Shown: positions 13,067 through 26,700, counted from the first letter of the whole stretch. The stretch is 55,076 nucleotides of DNA, filler included, from Basidioascus undulatus (GCA_000826855.1; 4 parts of 4 records of this genome joined end to end with filler, not necessarily neighbours in it); one strand, 5' to 3'. Translations and numbers: made by a program. The notes: a model not told the origin generated them from the sequence alone.

Positions 13067-13724
13067 ATGTCCTCAGACGGCTGGTCGACCTCGCTGTGCG
13101 CCCTCGTCCTCTCAGCTTCCTAGCATACACGGGGCTGAGCTTCCCTCCCTCCCCATTCGCAGCCTTGACGGCGACCCATTCACTTCCGATGACGAGAACG
13201 ACTCTTCTGCCCCGCCGCTGCGGAAGCCTCTCCCATCGGAGAAAGAGGATGAGTGCACGGACGCATGGACAGACTTGAGCTACGAGGAGATGGAGCTGCT
13301 CGAGTGCGTCCCTTTCTCCGCTGTCTTTCCGCCCTTATCCTTCCCTGGAAAGCTCAATAATGGTGGACTTGCTGTGTTCCAGGCTCGACCTATCCAACCG
13401 CCCCGACGCCGCGCCCGAGGTTAAGCAGACGCCGTGGACGATCGCCCGCGCGAACGCCGCGGTGAGGCCCCGCAAGCCGGAGAAGACGCCTCCTATTGCT
13501 CGGCCTGCCAAGGGCAAGGGCAAGGCAGGCGCGAAGGACAAGCCCGGGAAGGCGGACTGGGCGGTCTGCAACGCTCCGAAGGGAAGCGCACCTCCCGTCG
13601 CTCCTCCGCGCACGTCTTCGCCCTCCCCCGTCCGCGCACCCACGAGCGTGGCCGACAGCTCCAGCGGGCCCCACACTCCTCTTCTCCACAATACCAACAA
13701 CCTTCCTCCTCCTCCCCTCCTCAC
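13067..13724 (+). CDS. Hypothetical protein, 3'-truncated by assembly gap
   Basis: ATG at 13067 and two GT-AG introns give in-frame MSSDGWSTSLLDGDPFTSDDEND..YEEMELLE-LDLSNRPDAAPEVKQTPWTIARANAA followed by a Pro/Ser-rich tail running into Ns. Confidence 0.65.
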
Positions 13725-13824
13725 NNNNNNNNNNNNNNNNNNNNNNNNNNNNNNNNNNNNNNNNNNNNTTAATTAATTAANNNNNNNNNNNNNNNNNNNN
13801 NNNNNNNNNNNNNNNNNNNNNNNN
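13725..13824. other. Assembly gap with artificial TTAATTAATTAA linker
   Basis: N44-TTAATTAATTAA-N44, identical at all three gaps; the spacer gives stops in all six frames. Confidence 0.97.
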
Positions 13825-16009
13825 TGGGAGATGGTGCGGAGGTGGTGGTGCGGCCGCGTGTGGATATGGCGGCGCGGCGGGGGCGGAGTGGGGGTGATGC
13901 GCGGCGGTTGGCGGGGGCGGTGAAGGATGATGTGCCTGCGGGTGTTGTGGAAGGGTATGGTTATGTTGCGGTGGTGGTTGTGGGTATTGGTGCGGCGGCA
14001 CCCCATGCGCCGCGATCGGCGGGCCCGGATGATAATGCACGGGCTGCATCGATCCTCCTCCTCCTCCGACCATGCCCTGGGGCGGGGACTGCATCCGCTG
14101 GCCCGACTGGCTCATCGCCCTCTGCGGCAAAGGCGCGAGCGGTCTCCTGAACCCGCCATCGGCGCCAGCGCTCCCGGAGCGCTCCTCCGCCGCCCCGCCA
14201 AAGCCGCCCGCGCCGGTGCTCGTGCGCTTGCGCGAGCCCGAACTCGTCCCCGTGCTCGGCCGCGGCTCGGGGTCAAACTCCCCGCCCCCGCCGCCGTCGT
14301 CGTCCGCTGCCGCGGCGGTGGACGCGCGCTTGGAAAGCCGCCGTCGGATCCGGATGTCTTTGCGGATGCGGATCTTGAGGCCTTGCCCGGCGAGGCATTG
14401 CGAGAGCTCGCTGGATCCTGTGTCCGGAGAAAGAGGTTCTGTCAGGAAAAGGAGGGAAGACGGCAGCAGGGAAAAGGAAGACGCACGCTCCATTCCGGGA
14501 AATCGCTTGGCGGAGAAGACGGTGAAGACATCGGAGTAAAGTGACTTGCAGTGATGGCATTTCCCGCTGCGAGGGTGGACGAGGTTTAGTCTGGCGGAGA
14601 AGGCAGGAGCCAGGGAAGACGTACTCGACAATCTCAAACAGTGAGAACTTTAGCCGAAAGCGCCCTTCCACCCTGACGGAGACGTCGCTGTCCGCAGGGC
14701 AACACAGCCCCTCGCGTCAGCCTGGAAGCAGGCGGAGATAGGAATAGAAAGCGGGACTCACGGAAAGACCGCAATGAGTATGTCGCTATGATCGATATCG
14801 CGCAGGCAGTACACGCTGCTCGTGACGTTGCCCGTCGTGTACCGCGTCTTGCTCTCCTTGAGCATGTGTAGCTCTTCGTCCTTATCCTCTTTCGCGAGCG
14901 AGCAGTAGATGAAGAAGTACGGGGACTGGAACGTAGAGTACGCGATGTCGCGCTTTTCGGACGCGGCGGCGGCGGAGGTGGAGGGGGAGGAGGGGGACGC
15001 GGTGGAGAAGACGCGGAGCTGGACTATAGGTGGGGGGTCGATAGGGCGACGGTCGGCTGGGGATTATGGGCGATGCGTGAGCGATATGGGACAGGGAAGG
15101 AGGGTCTGAGAAACACACCTTTCGAGCCGACACCGCACATCCGCGACTGCTTGGGCTGCTGCCGCATCGTGAGTTGGTACTCCCTGTTGGTGTTAGCGGG
15201 CATGGAGGAGAGACGGGGACGAGGGGACGAAGAGGAGGGGAAGGGGAAGGAACAGGAAGATGTTAGCTTGGTAAGTTGTGTTGGGATCTCATCATGGACA
15301 AAGGCAGAAGGGTCGCATCGCCCGACGATTCGGACAACGGTCGACTTAATCGAGCTCGAGCTTCGCTCAGACGGGCCGTCGCCAGATGTCAGCTGCCAGC
15401 CCGAGCGGCGGGCGGAGACGCGTGCAGGCTTGCAGCGGCAGAGGGGATCGCTCGTCCCAGAGCTCGCCCTCAAGTCAAGACCAGCGCGAAAATGAGCGAC
15501 GTGGCGATGGCCCAATTAATCAGATACGGAGCCCCTATAATCCGCGTGATAATCCCCGCGAGAAATGTGATGATCTGGTCTTGGGCGGGGAAAGGAACCG
15601 AAAGAAGACGCTCGAAAAGACGTCGGCGTCGACCGCTTCGGCCTCCGCCGTCTCCGCGTTCTTCGAACCTATGCCGCCATCTGCCACGGCTTCTTGAATC
15701 GCCGCAGACCCAGCCGCGCCAGAAATTCATATCTCGTGGGTAGAATCGCGTGCTGGCCATCCACGCACAACCCGGCCCGCGGCCAAGGGGCAGGTGTCCC
15801 GGCGGATGGCGCGATAGCAAAGGCTGCAGCACGAGGTGGAAGAGCGGGCCGATCTCGCCAAAGTTGGCCGAGAAGGAAGATCGCAGGGGAGCGGCGATGT
15901 GAAAGGTAGGGAAGAAGAAGACGCGACTGGGTGCCACTCACAGTCCATGGGTGCGCGACGGGTCTGCTTCGGACCCCGATGGCCGGGGGTAGGACGAGCT
16001 GGACGCCAT
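13825..16009 (-). CDS. Velvet-domain transcriptional regulator, 3'-truncated by gap
   Basis: EYQLTMRQQPKQSRMCGVGSK|ADRRPIDPPPIVQL..SPYFFIYCSL..TTGNVTSS..SVRVEGRFRLKFSLFEI..SDVFTVFSAKRFPGM..SSELSQCLAGQGLKIRIRKD is the velvet domain, followed by a Pro/His-rich tail. The predicted first exon (16009-15942) splices in frame over a 758-nt intron. Confidence 0.9.
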
Positions 16010-18926
16010 GGAATTTTGGGAGACGGCGGCGGCGGCGGTGGTGGGGAGAAGAGCGGCGAAAAGGCGCAGGAGAGAAAGGCGAAGAGGAAGGAAGGAAGAC
16101 CAAGCTGGAGGCTGAGGCACGCGATCGTGGGCTAAGCGCTAAATGAGCGACGCGAGGTGGAGTGGGAAAGTGAGAGAGCGTATGGGACCGGAATGAGCGT
16201 TGGCATCGACGGCGGGCTGTCACCGCTGTAGTGTGTGGTATGGCTGGGGACCGAGGAGGAGGAGGTGTGGATGTAAGAGCGCGTGGGGCGGGCGAAGCGC
16301 TGTACAGCAGCGGTAGCAGCAGCAGCGAAGCGAGAACAAGCTTCGGAAGGGGCAAAGGGGGCGAAGGAGCTGAAGGGACAGAGTCCAGAGGGCTCATCAA
16401 AGTTCGTGCTTTGCATGCTGCAGAGCACGAACCCAATACCAAGTCCGGGGCTGAGCGGGATTGAGACACGTCCGTCTGCCAGAGCAACACCAAGCATCCA
16501 CCGATGGCTGCGCGAGTGCGGAGTACTGGGCATGGTTTGACAGTTCGTCTGCCCTCCCGACGCACGTCGGCGGAGGCGCCGGGCCTCTGGGCCTAGCACA
16601 AATAGGTAGTGGAGTTCGCCGGCAGTGGAGGGCGCCCTCCGTTGGGATTCGTCGGCTGTCGAACTTTGAGAATGAGGGGCTTGCGGTACAAGCTTTGTCG
16701 GAAGGGATGCGAGACAGATTGGTTGAAGCGTCGGCAAGACGGCAAGAGAGCGGCTGCTGTGGCCATGGAATTCTGACGGGCGACGGATGGCTGACGCAGC
16801 TTGCCAGCGAACTCAGTTCGATCTCCCACTGGCCATGGGCAGTTTCTTCCATCAGCTTCAAGTTGTTCGTCTTGTCGGAAGCAAAAAGTCTAGCAAGGCA
16901 CGGAAGATATATGCAAACATTTCGATGTGATGGCGAGCAGGCCGTGAACCGAACGTCCAAAGAGACGTGCTTCGTGAACGCCTTGAGAGCTGGTCTCGCC
17001 GACCCGGGCCACATTGCAATAGAGAAGCAGGCGATAAGCGACTGATGGCGGTATCGCATTAAGCCTTCCAGGTGTCCTTGGAAGAACGACAGAAAACAAG
17101 AAGTGTGCGATGACGGTGAGGCTGGCTGCTTATCTATCGCGATGCAGGTGTGTGATAATGGCTGCGGGAGCTTCGAAACGATGTGAGGTGAGGATGCGAA
17201 GCTCGGGCAAATTGCAAAGTCACAGAACAAGAAAGTGGGAGCGGCAGTGGAACTGAAAAGGGTACTACCCTGAGCGAGGGCAGGCGCGCCGGCCTTGGTC
17301 GACCCGAAGGAGGATGTAATGCCTCATTTAACCGCCACGGGCCAGTGAGGTCGGAGCACACCGTTGCGTCTCAAGAATATCAAAAGGTAATATTCGATCG
17401 AAAGAGGGTGGGCTGAGGGCTACGAGGAGGAGCGAACAGTGGCAGACTACCGAGCGGGCCCCTGATCGAGCGCTCGGCGTGAGGGGAACCCGCCGAAACG
17501 GCAGAGGGGACGCTTCTCTTTTTGTCTTATTTCCCCAGTTTTCCCTATTGAGATCACAAGGAGAAAACCTTCACTGCAAAACTACCAGGTCGTCCCAGCG
17601 CAACACAAAACACCCCCATTGGTCTGCATGCAGCGGATAGCCACATGCAACAGCGTAACAACAGCGCTTTGACATCAAAGTATCCTGGGCTTATTCTCCT
17701 TAGCCACCTAAAAGTACTGTGGGCCGCTGAGTCTTGCCCCCATGAAATTCCCCATCCCAAGCGGTACCGGTACCCTGACGTGGCGACCCCTCTGTCAAGG
17801 CACCTTCACCCCTGTAGGTGCATCCAAGAAGTCACCCTGAAACAATCTGATTTGCGAGCACGCAGCTTGCTCGACTAAAGTGACCCGGGGCGAGAACTCG
17901 GTTGTGGACGCAGCGGATCTCGGACGCAGGTGGCGAACTTGCCGCTGCAGGGCTGCCCTCCCGCCATCGACCACTCGCTTCCACTCTCGCTTGACCGAGC
18001 GCATTTATCAATCTCTCAGTGCTCTATTGGCGGGGATATCAAGGATAATCCAGCACGTCTCGAGGCATTGAGGCTTAATTCAGCCTGAGAGCGCACTGCC
18101 TCGCCGGCGTCCACCGACCCGCGCCTGGTCGTCCGCGCCGGACCTTCGCAGGGTGCGGCTGCATGCCCTCAAAAGAAGGACGCTGAGCACGTTCTTGCTG
18201 AATTGAATTGCCTGACAATCACAGGTCTGTCGTCATGGATTGAAGCAGCGACAGCAATGTCCGCGCCCAGTCAGCGGCAGCATTGACGTCGGCTACTCCT
18301 CGCCCATGCAAAAGGGACATGAGACACGCCAACTTCTTCTCCTACTGATAGGCCTTAAAATTAAATAGGCAGAGTCTTGTGGTTGAACACAAATGGGGAC
18401 ACGAAGGCTGCGCCCAGCGCAAAGCGCCATCTGACTGTGTCTCATAGTCAGGCAGGTAAGACTGCGATAACTCCCAAAGCCTTGACGTCCACCCATGATT
18501 CAATGTCATAAGAAGGTTATTATAGGATCTGTAATCGTTGCCAACTGACTTGAACGGCAAGTGTGAGCAAAAAGGCCACTCTCCTTGACTGTCACTGACC
18601 TGCTCTTGGGATGGACTCGGAACGTATAACGTTTAGGCTAAACTGTGCTTGCCCAGAGCGGTATATCGTTTCGAAGACGTAACACACGTTGTTGACCTTG
18701 AAGCGTTCTACAAGACGGACTCCTTCCTCCTCCTCATGCGGTGCTCAAGTAGCCGACGCCTCGAGTGTCGCTCGCTTATCGCTGCACCTGTCCCCACGAG
18801 CCCTGTCAGCCAACTCCTGCCGAACCAGGCTTCAGCATAGCCTTCATTTCTTTCACAAACTGACCCCAACCTCTCGAACGTTATCGTCTCCCTTCACCTC
18901 GTCCACACCCATTCTTATCACTCATC

Positions 18927-20901
18927 ACGGCGCCCGTCGCCGTCCCGGAGGTCTCAAAGCTCGCGTCCGAGACCGTATAAACCTCGTTGGGAGGAGTGCT
19001 TCCCAACAGTTCCCTCACCCGCTCGATCCTCTCGGAGAAGCCGAAACTCTCGCGGTACAGAAGGCGCTGAAGGACAAGTACGAGAAGGTTTGGGTGAAGG
19101 CGACGAAGTGCGTCCTGGACCCTTCATCTAGCCTCCTCTGCGTTCCGCGTCTCGCGTACGTGCTCTTCCTCGCCGGCGCGCCGGGTGACCACTCGAGGCA
19201 CGAAGTGGTTTTCAACTCGGCACGGGCACGATGATCGACGACATTGCCGCGCCGTTCCTCCACGCTGCGATCGATGTTGGCGAGATGGAGCTCGCGGAGG
19301 GAGATTCTCAAGAATAGGGGTTCCTCGAGGCGGCGAAGAAGCTTGTGTTGCCGGAGGGGGCGTGGTCGTTGGGACCCTTGTGAGCCCCGAAACAAAGATT
19401 CTAACATAAGAGAGGAAGTGCTTATGAAAATCTGCGTGGCAGGGATCTACGGCTGCGACAGCATGAGCCTCAGCCGCCCCTCTTCACCTTCATTGTGAGT
19501 CTTGCTCGCTTCGACGGCTCACCGTGCAGTCTCAGTAATGGCATCTTCGGCATAGGTCTACATGCGCAACCCCAAGAACAACGACCCAGACTCGGACCAC
19601 TACCAGTTCTGCCAGGGATTGACCATTCACGATGTGCGATACGATGGTCGCTCGGGTGATCTACCGCATGAGCATCTCCGACATGGTACGTGAAACCCAG
19701 CCATCTGTGAAACACTGTACTGAATGTACCATCAATTACAGACGGTTCCTTATAGTGACCATAGAGCTCCGTTTCACCGGAAGCAGGTCCGGAAACATTC
19801 AAAAATCCTCCCGAGGGTGTCCCAGCAACTTGAGCTAACGGCAGTTGTCTTCCAGGATTTCGATCTCGGAGACGAAGGAGTCTTTCCGCCACCAATAGAT
19901 GCTGAGGTCAAACCACACAGGTCGGTGTGGGCGTCACAGCCAATGAGCTAAACCTCGGCTGCGATTGCCTTCTCAGTCAGCATTCCGGACCCGTCAATGA
20001 GCCTTCACAGGACAGCCGATGGAGGGGCTAACACCTTGGCCATCACCCAGGGTACCATCAGATACTTCGACGAGCTAAATCTGCGCTCATAACTTCCGGT
20101 TGTAAGACGATCTGACTATGTCTTTGTCTTCCCAGCAACGCAGCACGGTGGGCCGGAGATCGCAAAGAATGTGGTCTGCCTGCACGACCGAGGTGCGCTT
20201 CCGCTCCACAATTTTGGTTCATATGAGCAATTGTATTCATGCCAGACCTTTTCTTCTCGAATGTAGATGACGGCCTCCCCCGCTGTACGTAGTCGCGAAC
20301 TACGAGGCGCTTCTCCTTTGTCACAGTTCACTTCCCTGACCAGTACTGACATTAATTCTCGCCATAGTCAAGCACATATTCGCCTTAGGGTTCGACCAAG
20401 CGGGGGCGATCCACCTCGAAACACGCGCGACGGGCATCCTCTCGACGTGCTACATCGAAGACAGCGCAAGGAGCCCGTACGGCAATGTCGTTTCCCCCAG
20501 GGTTCTGGCCGCGAACCACCAGCACATCTTCTCCGTCGGGATTGATCCGGCTGTTGATGGACACTTGGACAGTACGCTGAGCCATCTTGCCCACTCTCTT
20601 TCGCCGGGGAATCGGTGCTGATGATTGTCGCATGTGATTCGCCAGCTGTCGTCCAGGAAGACTCCGTCCCCATGCCGCTGGACCCAAAGCGAACCCCTAC
20701 GGCGTGGTCCAGAAGACCCCGATCATGGTGTCTGGCTGGGCGGACGCGAGCCCGGTGTTTAAGGTCGGTCTTGGCGCTCCTCACCCACATTCAGGGCGAT
20801 TCTCACTCACCGGCGCCTGCCATCAGATCATCAACTCTCAAAAGATCAACTCGATTTCAAAGAGGCCGATAGGGTACAAGCTCGTCCCATCCGCGACTTG
20901 A
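18927..20901 (+). pseudogene. Copper-containing (TPQ) amine oxidase, disrupted
   Basis: HPLDPL (19016), YRMSISDM|VPYSDHRAPFHRKQ, FDLGDEG, NELNLGCDCL, ANYE (TPQ consensus, 20298-20306), ETRATGILS, NHQH copper ligands (20517-20525) and PIGYKL. The start appears mutated (ACG GCG CCC GTC), with an early TAA, frameshifts, a large internal deletion and a stop at 20899 before the C-terminal third copper ligand region. Confidence 0.9.
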
Positions 20902-21714
20902 AAGAATTCTCAAAAAGGCACCTTGGAATGTGACTCCTGCCCACCATGCATCCGTTATTCAACGTGGACGACTTGCAGCCTGCACAGGGCAACCAATACA
21001 GCATGGCCAATCGTTTCGGGAACTGCCGCCCCCTGTCTTGGCCTCCCTTCAGCTGCCAAAGAATACTCACGAATTTTTGGGAATCTTTCAACTACCTGTA
21101 TTGATCGGGGTTTGGTGTCCTTATCGGACTTGCTTGAGTAAAGCATTCAGTGCCCTGTCTGCGCTTCGCGACCTGCTTCGCGTCACCCTTGGCCGCTCGC
21201 GCGACGCTCGGTTTGCGACATGGCTCCATGTGTTTTGCCAACCATTGGATCTTTAGCAAATTCTTTTATCCACTTTTCTCCACTCCTGAGAGCAACTGGC
21301 GGGCCTCATGTCGGGACTGCGATCGAGGACCAGACTGCGTCCAGCCGGTGACGCGCATGGCGTGTCCGTGCCAGTTTCTCGCTGTCCTATGTCCAACACG
21401 TCAGCATGCCGTTCTAGAGATATATAGCTGCTACTGCTGTTTGGAGCCGTAGGCAGTCGCGAGCAGTGCTTATTCCAATCTTCTACGGATGCACATCGCC
21501 GACGGGACACGCACAGTGCCTGCCGTGGCAGGCCCGCGTCAACCACAGTCCAGGCCTCCTTCAGCTGCATGGCTGACACCTCATCCCGTCTCGGTATAAC
21601 TGAAAGAGGGTCATGAAGGAAGAATAATCGGCTGCTCATACCCCACATCCACCTTGTCAACTAACCACCACCATCTCCAATTGAGCCGGAACACTCACTT
21701 TCCAGTTCGCAACG

Positions 21715-22509
21715 ATGGAAAGCGTCCCTCCCTCGCCCTCGACTTACGCGCCGAGGGGCCCGCGCACGTCCCATCACTTCCCTTCTCAATACCATCATCC
21801 GCGTTTGTTGTCTCCGCGCAGGCGACTGTCCGAGGCGCTGCGGCAAGCGTCCGCGATTTTGGCGGAGCGCGAGCGCGAGCTGGCCCACATCCCACCCGGG
21901 CTCATCGGTTCGCGTTGGCTTGAGGAGGATTCTGTGTTTCGGAGGAAAGGGTCCCCGAGTAGCGTTAGCAGTAGCGGGACTAGCAGTCGGAAGGGCAGCT
22001 GGTCTCCCTCGGAAGGGGTGCGTCTCCTACAATCTTGGCTGAAATGCCCTTGCAGTGCGCTGATCTCGTCCTTTTACCTTGGAAAGTCCCGCTCCCGCCG
22101 GTCGTCGGAGGCTCCTATCGTCCCCGAGCATTACCCCGTCGACCACGTCTCGCCTCTGTCTACTCCTTCTCTCCGCTCCCTCTCGACCCTCCCCATGCAC
22201 CACACACGCTCCCAGTCTCTCTCCGTACTGTCGCATGCAGCCTCGCCGAATCCCTGTCATCATGCACACGCGTACCCGAACACCCTCCACCTCGCCCTCC
22301 ACCAACCAGAACCGCTGGACGCAACGACCATCGCGGGCGCGGCGGCAACCTTTGGGGGGGACTCGTCGCGGAGACAGCACGTGGACACGCCCCCAGTCTT
22401 CACGCCTTGGGATCTGAGGGGGCGGAGAGGGAGCGCTGGGCCTGAGATTGAGGAGTACTTCGCTTCTGCTTTCGGTGCGGGCGATGTCAAGCAGCAGCGG
22501 AGGCGGTAG
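21715..22509 (+). CDS. Hypothetical Ser/Pro-rich protein
   Basis: 264-codon ATG ORF with a probable in-frame 69-nt intron (GTGCGT..AAAG, 22018-22086), followed by a T-rich 3'-UTR-like tract. No family recognised. Confidence 0.55.
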   Translation: MESVPPSPSTYAPRGPRTSHHFPSQYHHPRLLSPRRRLSEALRQASAILAERERELAHIPPGLIGSRWLEEDSVFRRKGSPSSVSSSGTSSRKGSWSPSEGVRLLQSWLKCPCSALISSFYLGKSRSRRSSEAPIVPEHYPVDHVSPLSTPSLRSLSTLPMHHTRSQSLSVLSHAASPNPCHHAHAYPNTLHLALHQPEPLDATTIAGAAATFGGDSSRRQHVDTPPVFTPWDLRGRRGSAGPEIEEYFASAFGAGDVKQQRRR

Positions 22510-23701
22510 CGATTGTAGAGGGCGGATACTTCGCACATCTGTTTCTTTGGGTTTTCGCGTTTCTTTTCATTACTTCCTTATGGTTTTTCAGTAACAGCAT
22601 AGCAACCTCGTTTTTGATTCTGGTTTACCTCGCGCATACCTACATATCATCGCATTGTCACATGCCCACAAGCTTGCTGCGTGCTCGTCTTTGATCCCAC
22701 TGTGAGCGCACACTTCGAGAACAAAGGTCAAGTCCTCTGAATATCAGAGTGGTTTCTTTTTCTTCTTTGTTCATGCTATAGTTAAGAGCAATTCCCGCTG
22801 GACTCGTTCAGTGCCATCACAAAACCGAAGCAGGCAGCGCGCAGAGATACTCTGCACCGTCGTTGGCACACTGCTTCTTCGGTACCGACCCCTGCCACCT
22901 TTCTTACGTCAAAGTCTCCACCTTATTGCTTCTTCTTCTTCACTTGCTGAGGCATCCTCAGCCACGACGACGAAACCATCAGCGAAGGCACCACCCGCCC
23001 ACCCGGTGGCTCGGTGGATGCAAACATGGGGCCGCAGGAGGGCTAGAATCTCGCAGCCTCTTTCACCTCTTTCTCGGTGTCACTAAACAAGTGTCACCGC
23101 TGCCTCATCGCACAAGCCAGGAACAGGTATGTATGTAAGGACTTCGGTGCAAAGAGATTGTGTGAAGGTTCAACGTTCCGGCGGCTGTTCCGTCTCGTCT
23201 TCGGCGGCTGTCCGGTCTTCGCAAGGCAAGCGACTGCGGCGTCGATACTTGTCGCCCATCACCACCACAGAACCGGAAGAACGCTACGACCAGTCAAAAC
23301 GGTTTGAAAAATGATTATAATCTCCCGCCAAGACGTTCCACCCAGGGGGAACTGGAAGAAGAACCGACAAGACCACAACATCGAAGAGACGACATGCCCA
23401 GGAACACGGACCGGCCTGGCTTCTTGTTCCGATCAGAAATCCAAGAAAACACCGCGATGAGGTCCAGCATTGACGACATTGAGATGCATTGAAGATATGG
23501 AACAGCCCTGTTGCAAACCTCCAGCAACGCTCGAGAACGATTTGAATCTTTCGACAGTGAGTGTGCCGCCTTCACACACTCGTGACTGAGAGTGCCAACA
23601 TTGTAAATCTACCAAAGTCAAGTCGCCAAGGAACCGGAACACCAATTGCAACCTCAAGACTTGAGACGGATGACAACACATGCAGGCGGCGACGGTCGGG
23701 C

Positions 23702-26700
23702 TCAGATGTTCCTGCATCGCCCACTCCCCGTTCAGCGCCCTATCTCCGCAAAGAGAAAAGCCGACGAACCTCTGCTCCGGCGGCCTCCACGGCACCTGCC
23801 CAATCCATCAAGTATCAGCACCTCCTTCCTGAGCACGCATGAAAGAGGCAAGGCAGTATGCACTCCGAGGATCTTAAAGATCTCCTGCTCCGTGCGAGAA
23901 GCGATGATGATGCCCTCGGTCAACTTCGTGCCGTCCTGTCATGTGGAAAGCAAAGACTTCAGCATGCTGGACTGGCTAGGGAGGGGAGGGTGAATAGACG
24001 AAAAGGACGTACTTTGCGACGGCTGACACCTTGAGACAACCTGCTCGGTTTGCGTGGGTGAGCGTTCGAGCTACTACTCTTGTGAGCATAAGGATACGTA
24101 CCCGCGTTGGCTGGAATCGTTCGAAAGTCAAGGCTAAGTAAGTGTATCCCGGAAGAGAGGAGGGTGATAAGTCAACCACGCACTTGAGCGAGTACCCCTT
24201 CTTCCTCGCCAGCAGTCGCAGCGAGCGGTTGAACTTCACCCACCGTTCCGCCTCATCAGCCGCCTCTTCCCACATACTTCCCCCGCGCTCCTCAAACTCA
24301 CGATATCGTTCCCCGTAAAATAAATCAACGCCGCGCCGACCTGCTCAAACGGAATAGCGAGGATGTCTGCTCCATCCCCTTCCAGCGTGTCAGCCTCATA
24401 GCGCTTAGGAGAGTCGAGTTGCGAGCCACGCACCGATCCGGCGCTGCAGCCCGTTCGGGGAGAGCTGGCAGAGGCCCATGTACTTGCACTGCCCCACGCA
24501 TCGCATCAGCGCATCTTCCGCCGCTACAGTGGAAAGAACGCACCTCGAGCGCGTCCAGATCGTCAGGTAGTGCGAGGTGGTGCGTGAGGATGCCCTACCC
24601 AGCGATCCGCATCAGCATGAGCATGGAGAGAACGAGGAAGGAAGCAGGCGCACCTTCCGCTCGAGCCCGTGGATCAGCTTGCGCATCGCGCCCGCGTGCG
24701 ACCTCCCGTCGGCGGTATCGCGCGTCAAGAGAAAGTCGATATCGCCACAGCTCGCCGCGCCCCTCCGAAAGCTGCCCATGATCTCGACCCTCAATTCCCC
24801 ATCAACCTTCAGCGCTGCTCCCGATCCCCCAACCCCCAGGCTCAACGTCAGCACACATCACACCACAGATCACAAAAGGGCAGACTCACCGACAGACCGC
24901 ACCCTCTCAAACAGCGCCTGGCACTCGGCGCGCGGGATGCGCGTCTTGAGGTCGTCGTAGAAGCGCAGGCCGAGCTCTTGCGTGGGCGAGAGCTCGATGC
25001 CGCCCTTGCGCGCGTGTACGTCGGCGAGCGTGCGAACGCCGCGCTTGTACCACTCGCGGGCTTTCTGTGTAGCACGCGAGCACATCAGCGAGCACTTCCG
25101 ACTGTGATGATGGCAGCTGTACACACGCTCTGGCCTGCGAAGCAACGTTGCATTAGTCTCCGAGCCCTAGGGAAGGAAGCTGGCGTAGATAACGCACCAA
25201 CCCCATAGATCCCCGTAAACACTTCCGCGCACCGGTCCTCCTCGCTTGTCTGGTACGCCACTGTTCACCCACCCCCTCACATCAGCCTTCTCTCTCTCCT
25301 CCCTCTCCTCCCTTCCCCCTCTTCTCCCCAATCCCTCCTTTCCCCGACCTCCGACCCGACGCTGCCACCCGACCGCTCCAAGACTCACGGCGTCCCAGCG
25401 TCTTACTCTTGACAATCTCCAATATCTGCCGCCCCGTGCCCCCCAGTCCTCAGATGAGCCAAGGACAAGGAGGAGGGAGAAAAGTGGAAGGGAAGAAGCG
25501 AACCTTCCCCGCTGTCGACCCGTTCCCGATGTGCATCACGTCCTTCAAATCCGCGAGGCACTCGGGCTGCTCCTCCCCCCTATCCCTCAGCGCCTCGCCT
25601 CTCTCTTCCCCGTCTCTGTAAGACGCACCGTGTACGGTAGATTCCGGAGAGCGTTAATCGCTGGTCCCCCCCCTTTCAGCAAGATTGGAAGGGCAGAGAG
25701 AAGCGAACGCAGCCTACACACCTTTGCGTGTCGAGTTGATCCGGAACTTTGTCGCCTCGCTGTTGCCCAGCATCTCATACTGCTTAACCTGGAGCTCCAT
25801 CTGTCCTCCCCTCCTTCCCTGCCTCAGCCTCTCACTCTCCTCTCCCCTACCTCCTCTCCTCCACCGACCGACAGACGTACCACCCGGCAAATCCATTCGT
25901 TCCCCCCCTCCCCTTCCTCTCCCTCCGCCTTCCCACCCTTCATGCACTGGAACCCCGCCTCCCAGCCTCCCGCGCCGCGCTCCTTCCTCGCTCGCTCGAT
26001 CGCCGCTTTCTTTTCCACGCGCCTCGTGCGAGCCTCGTCGTCGGACGAGTCGGATGAGGAGCCGGGGGAGGCGAGGTGCTCGTGGGAGGGCAGGATCAGG
26101 CCGGTGGGGCTGTTCGGGTCCGCGTGGGCGTCGTCGGCGCGCAGCGGGGAGGAAGAAGAGGGGTGGAGGTCTTCGAGGTCGTCCTTGGCACAGAAACAAA
26201 ACGTCTAAATACGAAGATGCATGGACGGATAAGGAAGGGAGGCACCGCACCTCTTTAACACCAGCCACCTCAAGCTCCTTCACAGTCTCGAGCAGCTTAT
26301 CAAACTCCGTACTCCCGCTCCCGCTCGCCCTCCGCGCAGGCTCGGGCGCTTCCTCAACGCGGTCCGCCTCGTTTCCTTCGAGCGGGTGCGGCTGGGCGGA
26401 TGGAGCGGCAGCGGGAGGAGGACGGCACTTCGCCGGCGCCTCAGCAGGGAAGATGATGCGTCCGGCGGGCTCGTCGGTGTCGTTCCCGTCTTCGGGGGAG
26501 GAGTCGTCTGAGGGTGCGGAACCATGGTCCGAGACGATCCTTCCATATCCCACGACGTTAGCTACGGGGAAGAGCGAGGGAGGGGAGGGGAGGCGCACCC
26601 GTTCATCCGAGCCAGACGCGAGGGGTTCCTGCTCTGGCTCTTTCCCCTGCTCGCGTCGACATTGGAGCGAGAGCTGGGACGCGGCGGGAGAGGCCGGACG

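Noticed and set aside
13769..13780. Palindromic TTAATTAATTAA repeated three times in the window
   Set aside because: It is always centred in a 100-nt N gap, so it is an artificial contig linker. Gene adjacency across these gaps is therefore not trustworthy.
15560..15580. Box C-like TGATGA in the velvet intron (snoRNA candidate)
   Set aside because: It is on the strand opposite the host transcript, with no convincing box D or terminal stem.
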